Below, piece after piece: positions 8,289-16,796 of a DNA stretch of 52,571 nt (positions within the stretch are counted from its first letter, which is position 1; the number at the start of each line of letters is the position of its first letter). Position numbers and translations under genes: made by a program. The notes under the pieces are model-generated. The model saw only the letters and a list, made by a program, of their open reading frames with translations, was not told where the DNA came from and made no database searches. Location of the stretch: the IMG/VR virus record IMGVR_UViG_3300032893_000065, positions 1 to 52,571 of that record; one strand, 5' to 3'. The stretch is from a virus (taxonomy: Duplodnaviria > Caudoviricetes).

Positions 8289-8725
8289 CTCTTCGGGGCG
8301 AGTTCCGTAGCGAGCTTTACCAGACCAGGAACGTCCATGTACTTTTTGAAGCGCTTGAGCGGAATACCCATCTTCCGCATCCTGCTGGCGCGGACCTGAG
8401 TGGTGCCATAGGTGTAGCCCGTTTTGTCCATGACCTCACGGACGCTGGTCGCCGCCTGCCACGCCCTCACGAAGTCTTCTGGCGTAACGTCGGCCGCCTT
8501 GGGGACCAGCGGCGAGGTCTCCTGGAGCACAACCGGCGCACCGTTCGTGCCCCGGGTGATTTCCCGGCGCATACCTCGGGCCTGCCATGACCGGAATGCG
8601 TGGCTGTTGCTGCTGCCGAACTCCGCCTGGCACTTACCGCAGAGCCCGAAGGAATTGCGGTTCGTGGGGTAGAGCGGCCGATTGCAACGCTGGCATATCC
8701 TGTTAGTTGGGGCTGCTGTAGGCAT
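8285..8725 (-). CDS. Zn-finger plus HTH-like protein
   Basis: CQRC..CGKC; FVRAWQAATSVREVM..RASRMRKMGIPLK. Confidence 0.65.
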   Translation of the reverse strand: MPTAAPTNRICQRCNRPLYPTNRNSFGLCGKCQAEFGSSNSHAFRSWQARGMRREITRGTNGAPVVLQETSPLVPKAADVTPEDFVRAWQAATSVREVMDKTGYTYGTTQVRASRMRKMGIPLKRFKKYMDVPGLVKLATELAPKS

Positions 8726-8748
8726 TGTGTGCTCCCTTGGTCCGTTGG

Positions 8749-9078
8749 TCACTCCACCTTCAGGTTCTCCAGGAGGTTCTTCCATGAGTAGCGCTTCCGG
8801 AACGCGGCGGGCGTCATGTTGCCCCACGTTGGGTCGATGTCGCAGGCTGGACAGGTGTTCGATCGCGTCGCGGCGTGCCAGGTCCAGTCAACGTCCTGGG
8901 TGGGCGTGGGTCGGTTCTCGGAGGCGCGACGGACCATGTTGGTCCAGGCGGCACGGATGCTGCCCTTGCGGCGGATGAGGGCCCGCGCAGCGCGTGCTCG
9001 CTTAGGGCAGGCGTTGTGCTCACGCAGAAGGCGGCGCACGAACTCCCTATTGATGATCTGCTTTTTCTTGGTCGTCAT
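8749..9078 (-). CDS. Hypothetical protein
   Basis: ATGA-coupled; LREHNAC motif. Confidence 0.55.
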   Translation of the reverse strand: MTTKKKQIINREFVRRLLREHNACPKRARAARALIRRKGSIRAAWTNMVRRASENRPTPTQDVDWTWHAATRSNTCPACDIDPTWGNMTPAAFRKRYSWKNLLENLKVE

Positions 9079-9290
9079 GGGTTCCTTCTCGGTCTCATCG
9101 GTGCTGGGGGCGGGGACTCGATCTTCAGGGAGTCGGCTACCCGCAAACCGAGCATCCTGAGCCACGGGCCGACGCCGAGCCCCGACTTGGCAGCAGCGGC
9201 CTTGAATCGGATCCGTTCTTCGGGGGTGAGCAGAATCATGATCGCCCCCTGGCGGTTCTTCGGCTTGACCATCCTTGGCAGCGGCATCAA
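9075..9290 (-). CDS. Ribbon-helix-helix-like small DNA-binding protein
   Basis: IMILLTPEERIRFKAAAAKSGLGVGPWLRMLGL. Confidence 0.6.
   Translation of the reverse strand: MMPLPRMVKPKNRQGAIMILLTPEERIRFKAAAAKSGLGVGPWLRMLGLRVADSLKIESPPPAPMRPRRNP
9267..9281. promoter_or_regulatory. 15-mer GACCATCCTTGGCAG, copy 2
   Basis: Exact repeat within the first codons of the RHH-like gene. Confidence 0.6.
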
Positions 9291-9601
9291 GGCTCCTCTC
9301 GTTTTGAGTGAAACTCCCGGATGATCGCGTGCGCGTGGCGACGGTCTCGCTCTTCGAGGTCGGCTACGAGAGCCTCTGCCTTGCGGAGCGCGCGGCTGTA
9401 GGCGTCGCGCTCGGTACGCCCGCAGTTGAGGCGTTCCCAGGTCTCGACCACGCGCACCACGCCGCGGGCGTGAGTCGAGATCATCGCTACCGTCTCGAAG
9501 CCTCTTTCGACTTCGAGGACGGCGATTCTCCGGTACCGGCCGAACTTGAGGCTACCGGGCATGTGCGCCGCAGCATCCTGGATGATGTAGTGAGTTCTCA
9601 C
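9287..9601 (-). CDS. Hypothetical protein
   Basis: AAGGAG RBS, GTGA coupling. Confidence 0.65.
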   Translation of the reverse strand: MRTHYIIQDAAAHMPGSLKFGRYRRIAVLEVERGFETVAMISTHARGVVRVVETWERLNCGRTERDAYSRALRKAEALVADLEERDRRHAHAIIREFHSKREEP

Positions 9602-9816
9602 GGCCTCTCCTTCGTGGCCTTCGCGGCCACGTCTTCACACAGGCGTTGCGCGAGTCTCCGGTAGCGGCGCTCTCCGAGGTAGGCAGGGGTCGAGAGCCCG
9701 CTGTCTCCGACTTCCCAGGCAGACCAGCGGTCCCCGGTGTCGTTCTGGTGAACCCGATACGTGCTCCACGCCCACTCGTTCAGGGCGATCTTGCGCCAGG
9801 GCATCGGCATTCTCAT
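9598..9816 (-). CDS. Hypothetical protein
   Basis: GGAGGAG RBS, ATGA coupling (MRMPMPW...). Confidence 0.6.
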   Translation of the reverse strand: MRMPMPWRKIALNEWAWSTYRVHQNDTGDRWSAWEVGDSGLSTPAYLGERRYRRLAQRLCEDVAAKATKERP

Positions 9817-10511
9817 GGCTCCTCCTCGGTCTTCATGGCGGCGGCCCGCTGCAAGGCCTGGAGCGAGCGGCGTGCACGGGAGATGCGCGTGTTGAGGCTC
9901 TTCTCCCGGCGCCAGCAAGATCGGAGCGCGGCCTCCAGGCGGGCGATCTGAGCCTCTCGCTTCTCGATCTTCTTCGCGCGCACGGTGTCCGGCTCTGCCT
10001 GTGCTACGGCCCGCTGGACGCGCGCCTCGATGCGGTTCAGGTCTCCGGTCACGCGAGCGGCGACCTCGGCATTGAGGAGCCCGCGCTCGACCACGAGACC
10101 CGCGAGCTTGTCTACGAGAGCCGCGTGAGGAGCCGCATGCGCCTTCCACCGGCCCCTGTACGGGAAGGGATGAGTCTTGAGCCACTGCATCTTCTGGTCG
10201 GAGGGGATCCGATCGTGCTCCTCGGTCCACGGCCGGATGGTCTCGGCTCGGATGTGCCCATCCCAGGCGTGCGCGTACTCATGGAGAACGAGCAGCCAGT
10301 TGAGGTGATTGCAGTTGAGTACGATGACGTGCTCGTTGCCTTTCCAGACCGATCGTCGGCTCCCGGAGGTGCGGACGACATCGCGCACCTTGACCCCGTG
10401 CTCCTGAGCGAAGGCGAAGATGACTTCCCGCGCCTGCTCGAACATGATGCCCGTGTGGCAGAGGGTCGGATGCCGCGCGTTCTCGTCCCGGTAGTATTGG
10501 AGGTAGCTCAT
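9813..10511 (-). CDS. HExxH metallopeptidase-like protein with C-terminal coiled coil
   Basis: LVLHEYAHAW and distal KAHAAPH; ATGA-coupled start MSYLQYY. Confidence 0.6.
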   Translation of the reverse strand: MSYLQYYRDENARHPTLCHTGIMFEQAREVIFAFAQEHGVKVRDVVRTSGSRRSVWKGNEHVIVLNCNHLNWLLVLHEYAHAWDGHIRAETIRPWTEEHDRIPSDQKMQWLKTHPFPYRGRWKAHAAPHAALVDKLAGLVVERGLLNAEVAARVTGDLNRIEARVQRAVAQAEPDTVRAKKIEKREAQIARLEAALRSCWRREKSLNTRISRARRSLQALQRAAAMKTEEEP

Positions 10512-10720
10512 GGCCTCTCCCCGAGATTTGGGAGCGCGGCGAGCATCTTCGCGAGCTTGACCTCGCATCGCTTACAGGTGAGCGGCTGCATGCGCGCAAA
10601 TTGGTTCGCTCCGTTGGCGACGAGGAGATCGATCCCGTCTCGCCCGCACAGCGTTGTCCGGTAGAGAATTCCCAGAAGTCGATGAGTGGCAGGAACCGGG
10701 CCGGGCAGATGCCATTTCAT
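10508..10720 (-). CDS. Small His/Cys protein
   Basis: KWHL..TLCGR..TCKRC. Confidence 0.6.
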   Translation of the reverse strand: MKWHLPGPVPATHRLLGILYRTTLCGRDGIDLLVANGANQFARMQPLTCKRCEVKLAKMLAALPNLGERP

Positions 10721-10732
10721 GGTTCGCCCTCC

Positions 10733-11161
10733 CTACCAGGACGAGTCGTAGTACGCGTCATTGCCGGCCAGGATCTCGGCCCGCGCCTCGGTAACGAAGA
10801 GGAGGTCGTCCGGGACGTGATCTTCCCAGGCAGAGTCTCCGAAGAAGAAGCCCTTCGTCTTCGGGAGACGCTTCGCCTTGACGACCTGTTCCAGGTGATC
10901 GAGGTCCTCGGAGGTGAGTCGGACGGTGACGCAGTTGAACGTCTCGTCTTGCCCGCCCTTCAGCCGGTAGAGCCGCTCCATCCAGCCGTGAAGGTCCGGG
11001 TGCTTTCTCCAGTAGTGAAACTCCCTCACGCCATCGGCATACTGGAAGGGATAGAGGAAGTTTCCCTCTGCGCTCTTCTCCGGTTCCGGTATCTGGTAGT
11101 CGGTTTCCTTGCCCTTCGAGAGTCGGGCTGGAACCGAGTACGCGTACATGTCGAGTCCCAT
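10733..11161 (-). CDS. Conserved phage hypothetical protein (MGLDMY / YWRK / GFFFG family)
   Basis: MGLDMYAY..YWRKHPDLHGWME..FNCV..GFFFG..YYDSSW. Confidence 0.8.
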   Translation of the reverse strand: MGLDMYAYSVPARLSKGKETDYQIPEPEKSAEGNFLYPFQYADGVREFHYWRKHPDLHGWMERLYRLKGGQDETFNCVTVRLTSEDLDHLEQVVKAKRLPKTKGFFFGDSAWEDHVPDDLLFVTEARAEILAGNDAYYDSSW

Positions 11162-11200
11162 GATTGCTCCCTGTGCTGGTTCCCGCTTCGCGCGGGTGGT

Positions 11201-11404
11201 TTACTCTTCGCCCGCTTCGATGCGGGCAGCCTTCTCCTCGACCCTCTTCGCCTGCGCCTCGTTTGCGGCGCGTCGTGCGTCGCGTTCCTCTTTCGTACCG
11301 AAGCCGACGTCTTCTCTGCGCCAGCGTTCGGCAGAGGCCCGCAAGTCGGCCACCCGCTCCATGCGCTTCTGCTCTTCGGGGGTGAGCTTGGGCTTGCGGG
11401 CCAT
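11201..11404 (-). CDS. Hypothetical charged protein
   Basis: GAGGT RBS; operon position. Confidence 0.6.
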   Translation of the reverse strand: MARKPKLTPEEQKRMERVADLRASAERWRREDVGFGTKEERDARRAANEAQAKRVEEKAARIEAGEE

Positions 11405-11410
11405 TGCCGT

Positions 11411-11656
11411 TTACCTCTTCGTGAGGACCGTCTCGACCGTGTTGGGCTTCTCGCCCATCCAACAGAGCCGGCCCATCTCGTCCACGTAAGCCTCGGTCGT
11501 CTTCTCCGGGTCGTAGCTGAACACGACGCGGGGCTTGGGCATGCTCATGCCCTTGCGCTTTCCTGCGACGCTGCGGGCCACGTTCGCAGCCTCAAGAGGC
11601 GTCTGGCCTCTGCCCCAGTGGTTGGGGATCATGACGATGTATCGGGTTTCGCTCAT
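11411..11656 (-). CDS. Hypothetical protein
   Basis: GGAG RBS; MSETRY..HWGRGQT. Confidence 0.6.
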   Translation of the reverse strand: MSETRYIVMIPNHWGRGQTPLEAANVARSVAGKRKGMSMPKPRVVFSYDPEKTTEAYVDEMGRLCWMGEKPNTVETVLTKR

Positions 11657-11712
11657 CCTTGGATTCTCCCTTCGAGGTGAGCCCGCTTCGTGCGGGCGTC
11701 GTCTGTGAGTGC

Positions 11713-11740
11713 AGTCTAGCAAACCTATATATAATGTCCA
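11713..11740 (-). promoter_or_regulatory. Putative sigma70-type leftward promoter
   Basis: TGGACA-16 nt-TAGACT with extended -10 TGn; AT-rich island in GC-rich DNA. Confidence 0.55.
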
Positions 11741-11782
11741 GCCTGTGGGAGCGCGCACGATGGGTTGCCTCGTGCGGGGGAA

Positions 11783-11852
11783 GACCATCCTTGGCAGATG
11801 CGCCGGCCGGGTGCGAAGTTTGCCCGCGGATACCGGAGACCATCCTTGGCAG
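11783..11852. promoter_or_regulatory. 15-mer GACCATCCTTGGCAG, copies 3 and 4 (11783-11797, 11838-11852)
   Basis: Exact repeats 55 bp apart, upstream of the leftward promoter. Confidence 0.6.
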
Positions 11853-12287
11853 ATCGTTTACCCGGGTGTCGCGTAACCCGGAGTCTTCCGTAGACCACGG
11901 GTTACCGGAGACCCGTTACCTACGGGAGAACACGGCGAGGTGTGTCAAGCGGGACACGCGTCTATCTAGACACGCCCCGTAGGGGTAAGGGCCCCTGGGA
12001 TACGGGGGACGAGCGGGGCGGGGCGCGAGGCTGCCAGGCGGGCTTGGCGGGCTCCGGGCGTCCAGGGAGACGGGGGCGGGCCCGCGAACGCGCCAGCGGG
12101 GCGCGGGAGGCCCTTCCCGCGGCTCTGCTACGGGGGGATCGGAGGCCGATCCGGCCGGGCCCCCTGGAGAACCGGCCCGGAAGTGACGCGGATCAAGAAT
12201 CGAGGGGGGTACTGGGACAAGGGGTCGGCCCGTTGCGCTCGTCCTAGGGCATCCTAGTGCGTTCTAGGAGGGCCCCGGGCGGGCTGG

Positions 12288-12325
12288 ACAAGCGAAAGCC
12301 CCCCGGGGATGCTCTCCCGGGGGGC
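12288..12325 (-). terminator. Intrinsic terminator after AAA+ module
   Basis: GCCCCCCGGG/CCCGGGGGGC stem followed by TTTCGCTT on - strand. Confidence 0.65.
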
Positions 12326-12349
12326 GCGCTACGGGCTAGGGCTTAGGGT

Positions 12350-12697
12350 CTAGCCTTTGTGGTCGTGCCACGTCTCGCCACCGTCGTGCGAGTGAGCGCC
12401 CTGCCCGATCGCTTGGGCGTTGACGGTGCGGCCCTGGGAGGCCTCGCGAGCGAGGGCCGCGCGTAGCTCCGGGGAGCCCTGGGCTAGCAGCCTCCGGTAC
12501 GCACACGCATCGGAAACGCGCGAGCGATCGATCTCTCCCCACCCCACGAACGCGATCGCGCCCTGGGGCCCGACCTTCACCTTGACGGTCCCCGCCGCAA
12601 TCTGCCTCCGGAGCCGCTCGGTAGCCTCGCGGATCTCGCGCTTGCGCTCTTCCATGGTCTGCTGCGGCAGTCGCCTAGTGTCGCAAGGCATGATCAC
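12350..12697 (-). CDS. Hypothetical protein of AAA+ module
   Basis: GTGA-coupled; MPCDT..DACAYRRL..HSHDGG.TW motifs. Confidence 0.75.
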   Translation of the reverse strand: MIMPCDTRRLPQQTMEERKREIREATERLRRQIAAGTVKVKVGPQGAIAFVGWGEIDRSRVSDACAYRRLLAQGSPELRAALAREASQGRTVNAQAIGQGAHSHDGGETWHDHKG

Positions 12698-13497
12698 ATC
12701 TCCAGGGCCGGAAGGGCCGGAACGGCGGGGGGAGCTTCGGGGATCGACTCCGAGGGCATGAGGTCGAGCGCGGGAGCGATCGGAGCTTCGGCGGGGACCT
12801 CGGCGGGGGCTTCGAGGTCCAGGAACGAGAGGCGGGCCTCTTCGATCCGGCGGATCGCCTCCTCTGCCACGATCCCCGCCGCGGACTCGCCCGCTTCCCC
12901 GGCCCGCTTCACCATCTCGCGAGCCGCGGCCCGGGCCTCCTTGATCGCCTCTGCCACGCGCCCGGAGGCTTCGGGGGTGAGCATCCCGGCGACCTCGCGC
13001 GCTTTGTTCGCCGCTTTGCGAACCTCCTCTGGATCGAGGGCCGCGATCCCTCGGGTCATGCTCTCCAAGAGATCCGCGATCTCGCCGCGGATCGCCCGGA
13101 TCGCTTCGAGGTCATCCGAGGCGACCTCGCCCTTGATCACGTTGACGGTGATCCGGTAGATGCTCGCCCCCGCGTTGAAGCTATCCGCGGCGATCCGGGC
13201 GTTCGCGATCGCTGTGTCTAGCGCGTCCCGATTGGCGAGGGGGCAGAGGTACCCGAAGGCGGAGTCGGTGCAAACGGAGGTGATGAACGATCGCGCCTTG
13301 CTCCGCACCTTGATCGCTTGGGCATGCTCTTCGGGAGCTTCCACGGTGCGGCGCGTCTTCCATTCCGCCACCCGTGCGTCTCCCTCGGTGTGATCTGGAT
13401 CGAGGGTCTCTACCTCGTAGCGGACCCCACCCTTGATCTGGGTGCGAAGACTGACGAGGTATCCTGGCCTGAGCGTCCTTGTGTCTGGCATGGTCAT
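12694..13497 (-). CDS. Helical protein of AAA+ module (possibly DUF3150-like)
   Basis: Start after AAAGGG; mostly helical; directly downstream of ATPase. Family guess is from context only. Confidence 0.7.
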   Translation of the reverse strand: MTMPDTRTLRPGYLVSLRTQIKGGVRYEVETLDPDHTEGDARVAEWKTRRTVEAPEEHAQAIKVRSKARSFITSVCTDSAFGYLCPLANRDALDTAIANARIAADSFNAGASIYRITVNVIKGEVASDDLEAIRAIRGEIADLLESMTRGIAALDPEEVRKAANKAREVAGMLTPEASGRVAEAIKEARAAAREMVKRAGEAGESAAGIVAEEAIRRIEEARLSFLDLEAPAEVPAEAPIAPALDLMPSESIPEAPPAVPALPALEM

Positions 13498-13525
13498 CCC
13501 TTTCGTTCTCTTCGAGTGAACGGCA

Positions 13526-15136
13526 CTAAACGTCAATCTGCCCTGCTGACTTGGTCTCGACCTTCTCGGGGAAGGACGCGGGACGGGCCCTGCCCGACCT
13601 CGTCCAGTCCCGGATCTTCGCGATCTTCTCGGGTGCGGTCTTCGAGAGCGGTACGATCTCCGACGCTGCGGCGAGAAGATCGGCGGGGGTGAGGTCGGTT
13701 CTCCCTTGGTCGCGAGCGAACGCCCGGGCGAGAGCCTCCGGGACGAGCGAGGCGATCTCGCTCCCGGAGAACCCCTCGCAAGGCCCGCCAGCGATCCGGG
13801 CGAGGTCCTCTCCCAGGGCCTTTGGGTCTCGCTTGTGGGCTCGGAGCGCTGCGGCAAGGATCTCGGTCCGCTCGGTGGCGGTAGGGAGATCCACGGAGAA
13901 CACGGCATCGAAGCGCCCGGCCCGGAGTAGCTCCGGGGGCAGGGCATCCACGTTGTTGGCGGTAGCGATCAAAAAGACGCTCGCCGCGCGCTCTTGCTGC
14001 CACGAGAGCAGAGTCCCGAGGGCATCGGCACTGACTCCACCGTCCGCGGCCCCTTGCGTGGCACCCGATAGCGCCTTCTCGATCTCGTCCAGCCAAAGGA
14101 CGCAAGGCGCGCACGTCTCGGCAGTCTTGAGGGCCCGCCGCAAGTTGCCCTCAGACTCGCCGACAAACTTGGACTTGACGGCCCCGAGGTCCAGGCGGAG
14201 CAAGGGCACCCCCAGTGCGGTGGGGACGACCTTCGCGGTGAGGCTCTTTCCGCAGCCTGGGACACCGACGATCAAGACGCCCCGGGGGGCGGGGAGACCG
14301 AAGGCGCGCGCCTTCTCGGAGAAGGCAGGGATCTTGCCTTCGATCCACTGCTTCAGACGACCGAGCCCGCCAACGTTCAAGAGGCCTCCGGGGATCGGCT
14401 CCACCCACTCGATCACTCGCTCCCGGGAGATCACGCGCTTTTTCTCGGCACTGACCGCCGCCGGATCGATCTTCCGAGTCTTGACGAGCGAGGTCGAGTA
14501 GGTCGAGGCGATCTCTTCTCCGGACAGGCCCACCGCTGCGTCGATCGCTGCGTCTCGCTTGCCATTCGAGAGATCGGCCCGGACTGCTTCCCTCACGGGC
14601 TTGCCCTCGCGATCGGTCTCTGGGAGACGATTGATCGCAGCGTCTAGGAGGGCCGCGACCTCGGTCCGGTCCGGTAGGGGCCACTCGATGACGGTTGCAT
14701 GGCCCGCCAGCGTCGGGGGGACCTCGGGAACGGGGGTGATGATGACGAGGGCTTGTCTACTTGCGAGGGGCACGGTGGGGAGAAGGCGCGCCATGGTCCT
14801 AACCTTCCGGAGGGTGCCAGCGTCTCCGAGCCACCCCGGGAGATCCCGAAGGATCCAGACTCCCGGTTCTCCACCGGAGCCCGCGAGGGCCCTCTCGCGG
14901 ATCGCGTTTAGGGTGTCCACGGGATCGGTGGATCCGACCTCTGGCATCGGCCGGCCCGCGAGGTCGCACACCCCGTCCGCACAGTCCCAGGTGCGGGGCA
15001 CGTAGCCCGCTGCCTGTGCAGCCCGGAAGAGGATCCCCTCGGCGCGGCCCTCTTCCCTCGTCACGATCCAGAGCAGGGGCGTCCGCGCCCGAAGGTACGC
15101 TTGGATCTCTTCTCCTACTTGCTCGGCTCTTGTCAT
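13526..15136 (-). CDS. Ycf46/SpoVK-like AAA+ ATPase
   Basis: Degenerate N-terminal AAA; VGGL..LK.W; GVPGCGKS; SKFVGESE; LWLDEIEK; ATAN..LPPELLRAGRFD. Confidence 0.92.
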   Translation of the reverse strand: MTRAEQVGEEIQAYLRARTPLLWIVTREEGRAEGILFRAAQAAGYVPRTWDCADGVCDLAGRPMPEVGSTDPVDTLNAIRERALAGSGGEPGVWILRDLPGWLGDAGTLRKVRTMARLLPTVPLASRQALVIITPVPEVPPTLAGHATVIEWPLPDRTEVAALLDAAINRLPETDREGKPVREAVRADLSNGKRDAAIDAAVGLSGEEIASTYSTSLVKTRKIDPAAVSAEKKRVISRERVIEWVEPIPGGLLNVGGLGRLKQWIEGKIPAFSEKARAFGLPAPRGVLIVGVPGCGKSLTAKVVPTALGVPLLRLDLGAVKSKFVGESEGNLRRALKTAETCAPCVLWLDEIEKALSGATQGAADGGVSADALGTLLSWQQERAASVFLIATANNVDALPPELLRAGRFDAVFSVDLPTATERTEILAAALRAHKRDPKALGEDLARIAGGPCEGFSGSEIASLVPEALARAFARDQGRTDLTPADLLAAASEIVPLSKTAPEKIAKIRDWTRSGRARPASFPEKVETKSAGQIDV

Positions 15137-15236
15137 GTTGCTCCCTTTCACGTTTCCCCGGCCTCGATACCGGGGGCCCTACATCGGGGGAGAGGGGCTC
15201 GATCCCCTCTAGCCGGCCCGGCCGGCCCCCTTGCCG

Positions 15237-15503
15237 CTATGCTGCTAGGCTCTCCGCTTCCCTCGCGATCCGCTGCCTCTCCCTTTCACCCCAGATTGTG
15301 TGTTCGAGGTACCAGGCACGCCCCTCGGGCGAGCAGTCCCAGGGATGTGCCAGTCGCCACGCCTCTAGGTCCTTCGCTCCCTTCAGGATCGCTCTCTCTA
15401 GCTTGACGCCCCTGGGATCGCCGCTCGCCTTCCATCCCCGTGCATCCTGGAGATCCCTCGCCGCGCACGATCCGGCGGGAGGCTCGATCGGAGCCCGCTT
15501 CAT
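15237..15503 (-). CDS. Hypothetical protein
   Basis: GGAGG RBS, ATGA coupling. Confidence 0.5.
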   Translation of the reverse strand: MKRAPIEPPAGSCAARDLQDARGWKASGDPRGVKLERAILKGAKDLEAWRLAHPWDCSPEGRAWYLEHTIWGERERQRIAREAESLAA

Positions 15504-15706
15504 AGCCCCTCCCCCAGGACCACGACGGTCCACCCCGTCGTCTCGCTCACGGGGGGAAGGACGGCTACGGTGGACCGCTTCGAGAGAAGGTCCTCCAAGT
15601 CGCGCGCTACTTGCTCCGCTTCGGTAGACGTCCCAAGCGTCTCGTACAACAGCACATCCCCGTTGGGACACATCACCTTGACGGTAGGTCTAGTCTTCCG
15701 TTCCAT
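15500..15706 (-). CDS. Hypothetical protein
   Basis: GGGAG RBS; MERKTRPT... Confidence 0.55.
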   Translation of the reverse strand: MERKTRPTVKVMCPNGDVLLYETLGTSTEAEQVARDLEDLLSKRSTVAVLPPVSETTGWTVVVLGEGL

Positions 15707-16117
15707 GGTCGCTCCCTTTCGCTGGTCTCGCCCCCGGGATCGCGCCCGGGGGGACCTCATATCTACCAGAGCCGAGCCCCCGCGTCTAGAGTCTGTATAG
15801 ATGGATACAGGGACGATCGGGTGTGTACGAACGCCCCAAAGCGCGCCCCTCCCCTAACTAGCCGAAATCCTTAGGTTCAACGCAGAGTATGGATTTCGCG
15901 CCAGTCGCGCTCTACGGGAGCGGCCAAGGGGGTGATAGCCGGAGCCCCTCTCGTCTCGTCCTAGGGCCATTTCCGCTCGTTTACGGGCCATTCACGATCA
16001 GTACGGAACGCGACACCTTCGCCCCACCACCCCAGGGCGTGTCTATCCCCCCACAGGGTCTATTAAACCCGCTGGGTCAACACAAACCGTGCCATCTATC
16101 TAACGGACCAGCCGGGT

Positions 16118-16428
16118 GTGACGTCACGGGTTACACAGGCACGATCCCGACTGTGGACGGGTTTGTGTCTCACGCGTAGGAGTTAGCCCGCCCGGAGCGC
16201 TCGTCCCTACCCTTCCGGCGCATCGTCACGTATCGTCACGCATGGTCACGGGGGCGCGTCTGTGGGAGAACGCGCGCCGAGAGTCACCTGGAGTCACCTG
16301 GACCGAGCGCACCTAGAACGGTAAGCGCGCGCAACGTCAGGGGATGTGAGCGAGAGCCCACTTGCTACGCTTGCACGTTGTCACCTGGATCGGAGGTGGG
16401 TACGCGGTGACAAGGAGGTGGGTGCGCG
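16118..16428. repeat. GTCAC-motif repeat cluster in ~1 kb non-coding region
   Basis: GTGACGTCAC 16118; three 10-mers 16221-16250; GAGTCACCTG x2 16281-16300; GTCACCTGGA 16380; GGAGGTGGGTRCGCG x2. Confidence 0.7.
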
Positions 16429-16796
16429 AAGACCTGCCCTGGATCTTGGCGGGGTGGGTCGAATTACGGTTCCCATCCCCATCCACACAGGAGCAGATTC
16501 CAGCTAGGCTGCCTTACCCGTTCGGGTAGACCCCCGTCTCTAAGGTCGCGGCCGGGTTGGGTGGGGTGGTGGGGTTGCGGTCGGCTTTGGAGGCGGGGGC
16601 TTTGAGGCGTTATCGGAGCGGAATCGGTGTGCTCCCTGAATCCGGGCAGGCCTTTGGGCCGTTAATACTCTTTGAGAGAAGAGGAGATCGAGTGGTCTTG
16701 TCAATCCCCCCGGAGCACTAGGAGTCAGGGGTGCGGAACTGCTCGGGCTTTCAGCTTTCCAGTTAGACCAAATTCCGAGCTAACTAAAAAAAGGGC

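Noticed and set aside
10733-11161. Enzyme assignment for the MGLDMY-family protein
   Set aside because: No catalytic motif I can support from the sequence; left as hypothetical.
13498-13947. N-terminal extension of ORF 12694..13947
   Set aside because: Overlaps the AAA+ gene with low-complexity Pro/Arg/Ser sequence; a better start lies at 13497 or 13491.
15794-15811. CTGTAT-N6-ATACAG as a LexA box
   Set aside because: Spacing is CTGT-N10-ACAG rather than the N8 of the E. coli box; single copy, host unknown.
11967-16045. 11-bp inverted repeat TAGACACGCCC (11967) / GGGCGTGTCTA (16035) as an invertible segment
   Set aside because: Too short to be significant in GC-rich DNA and no recombinase is present in the window.
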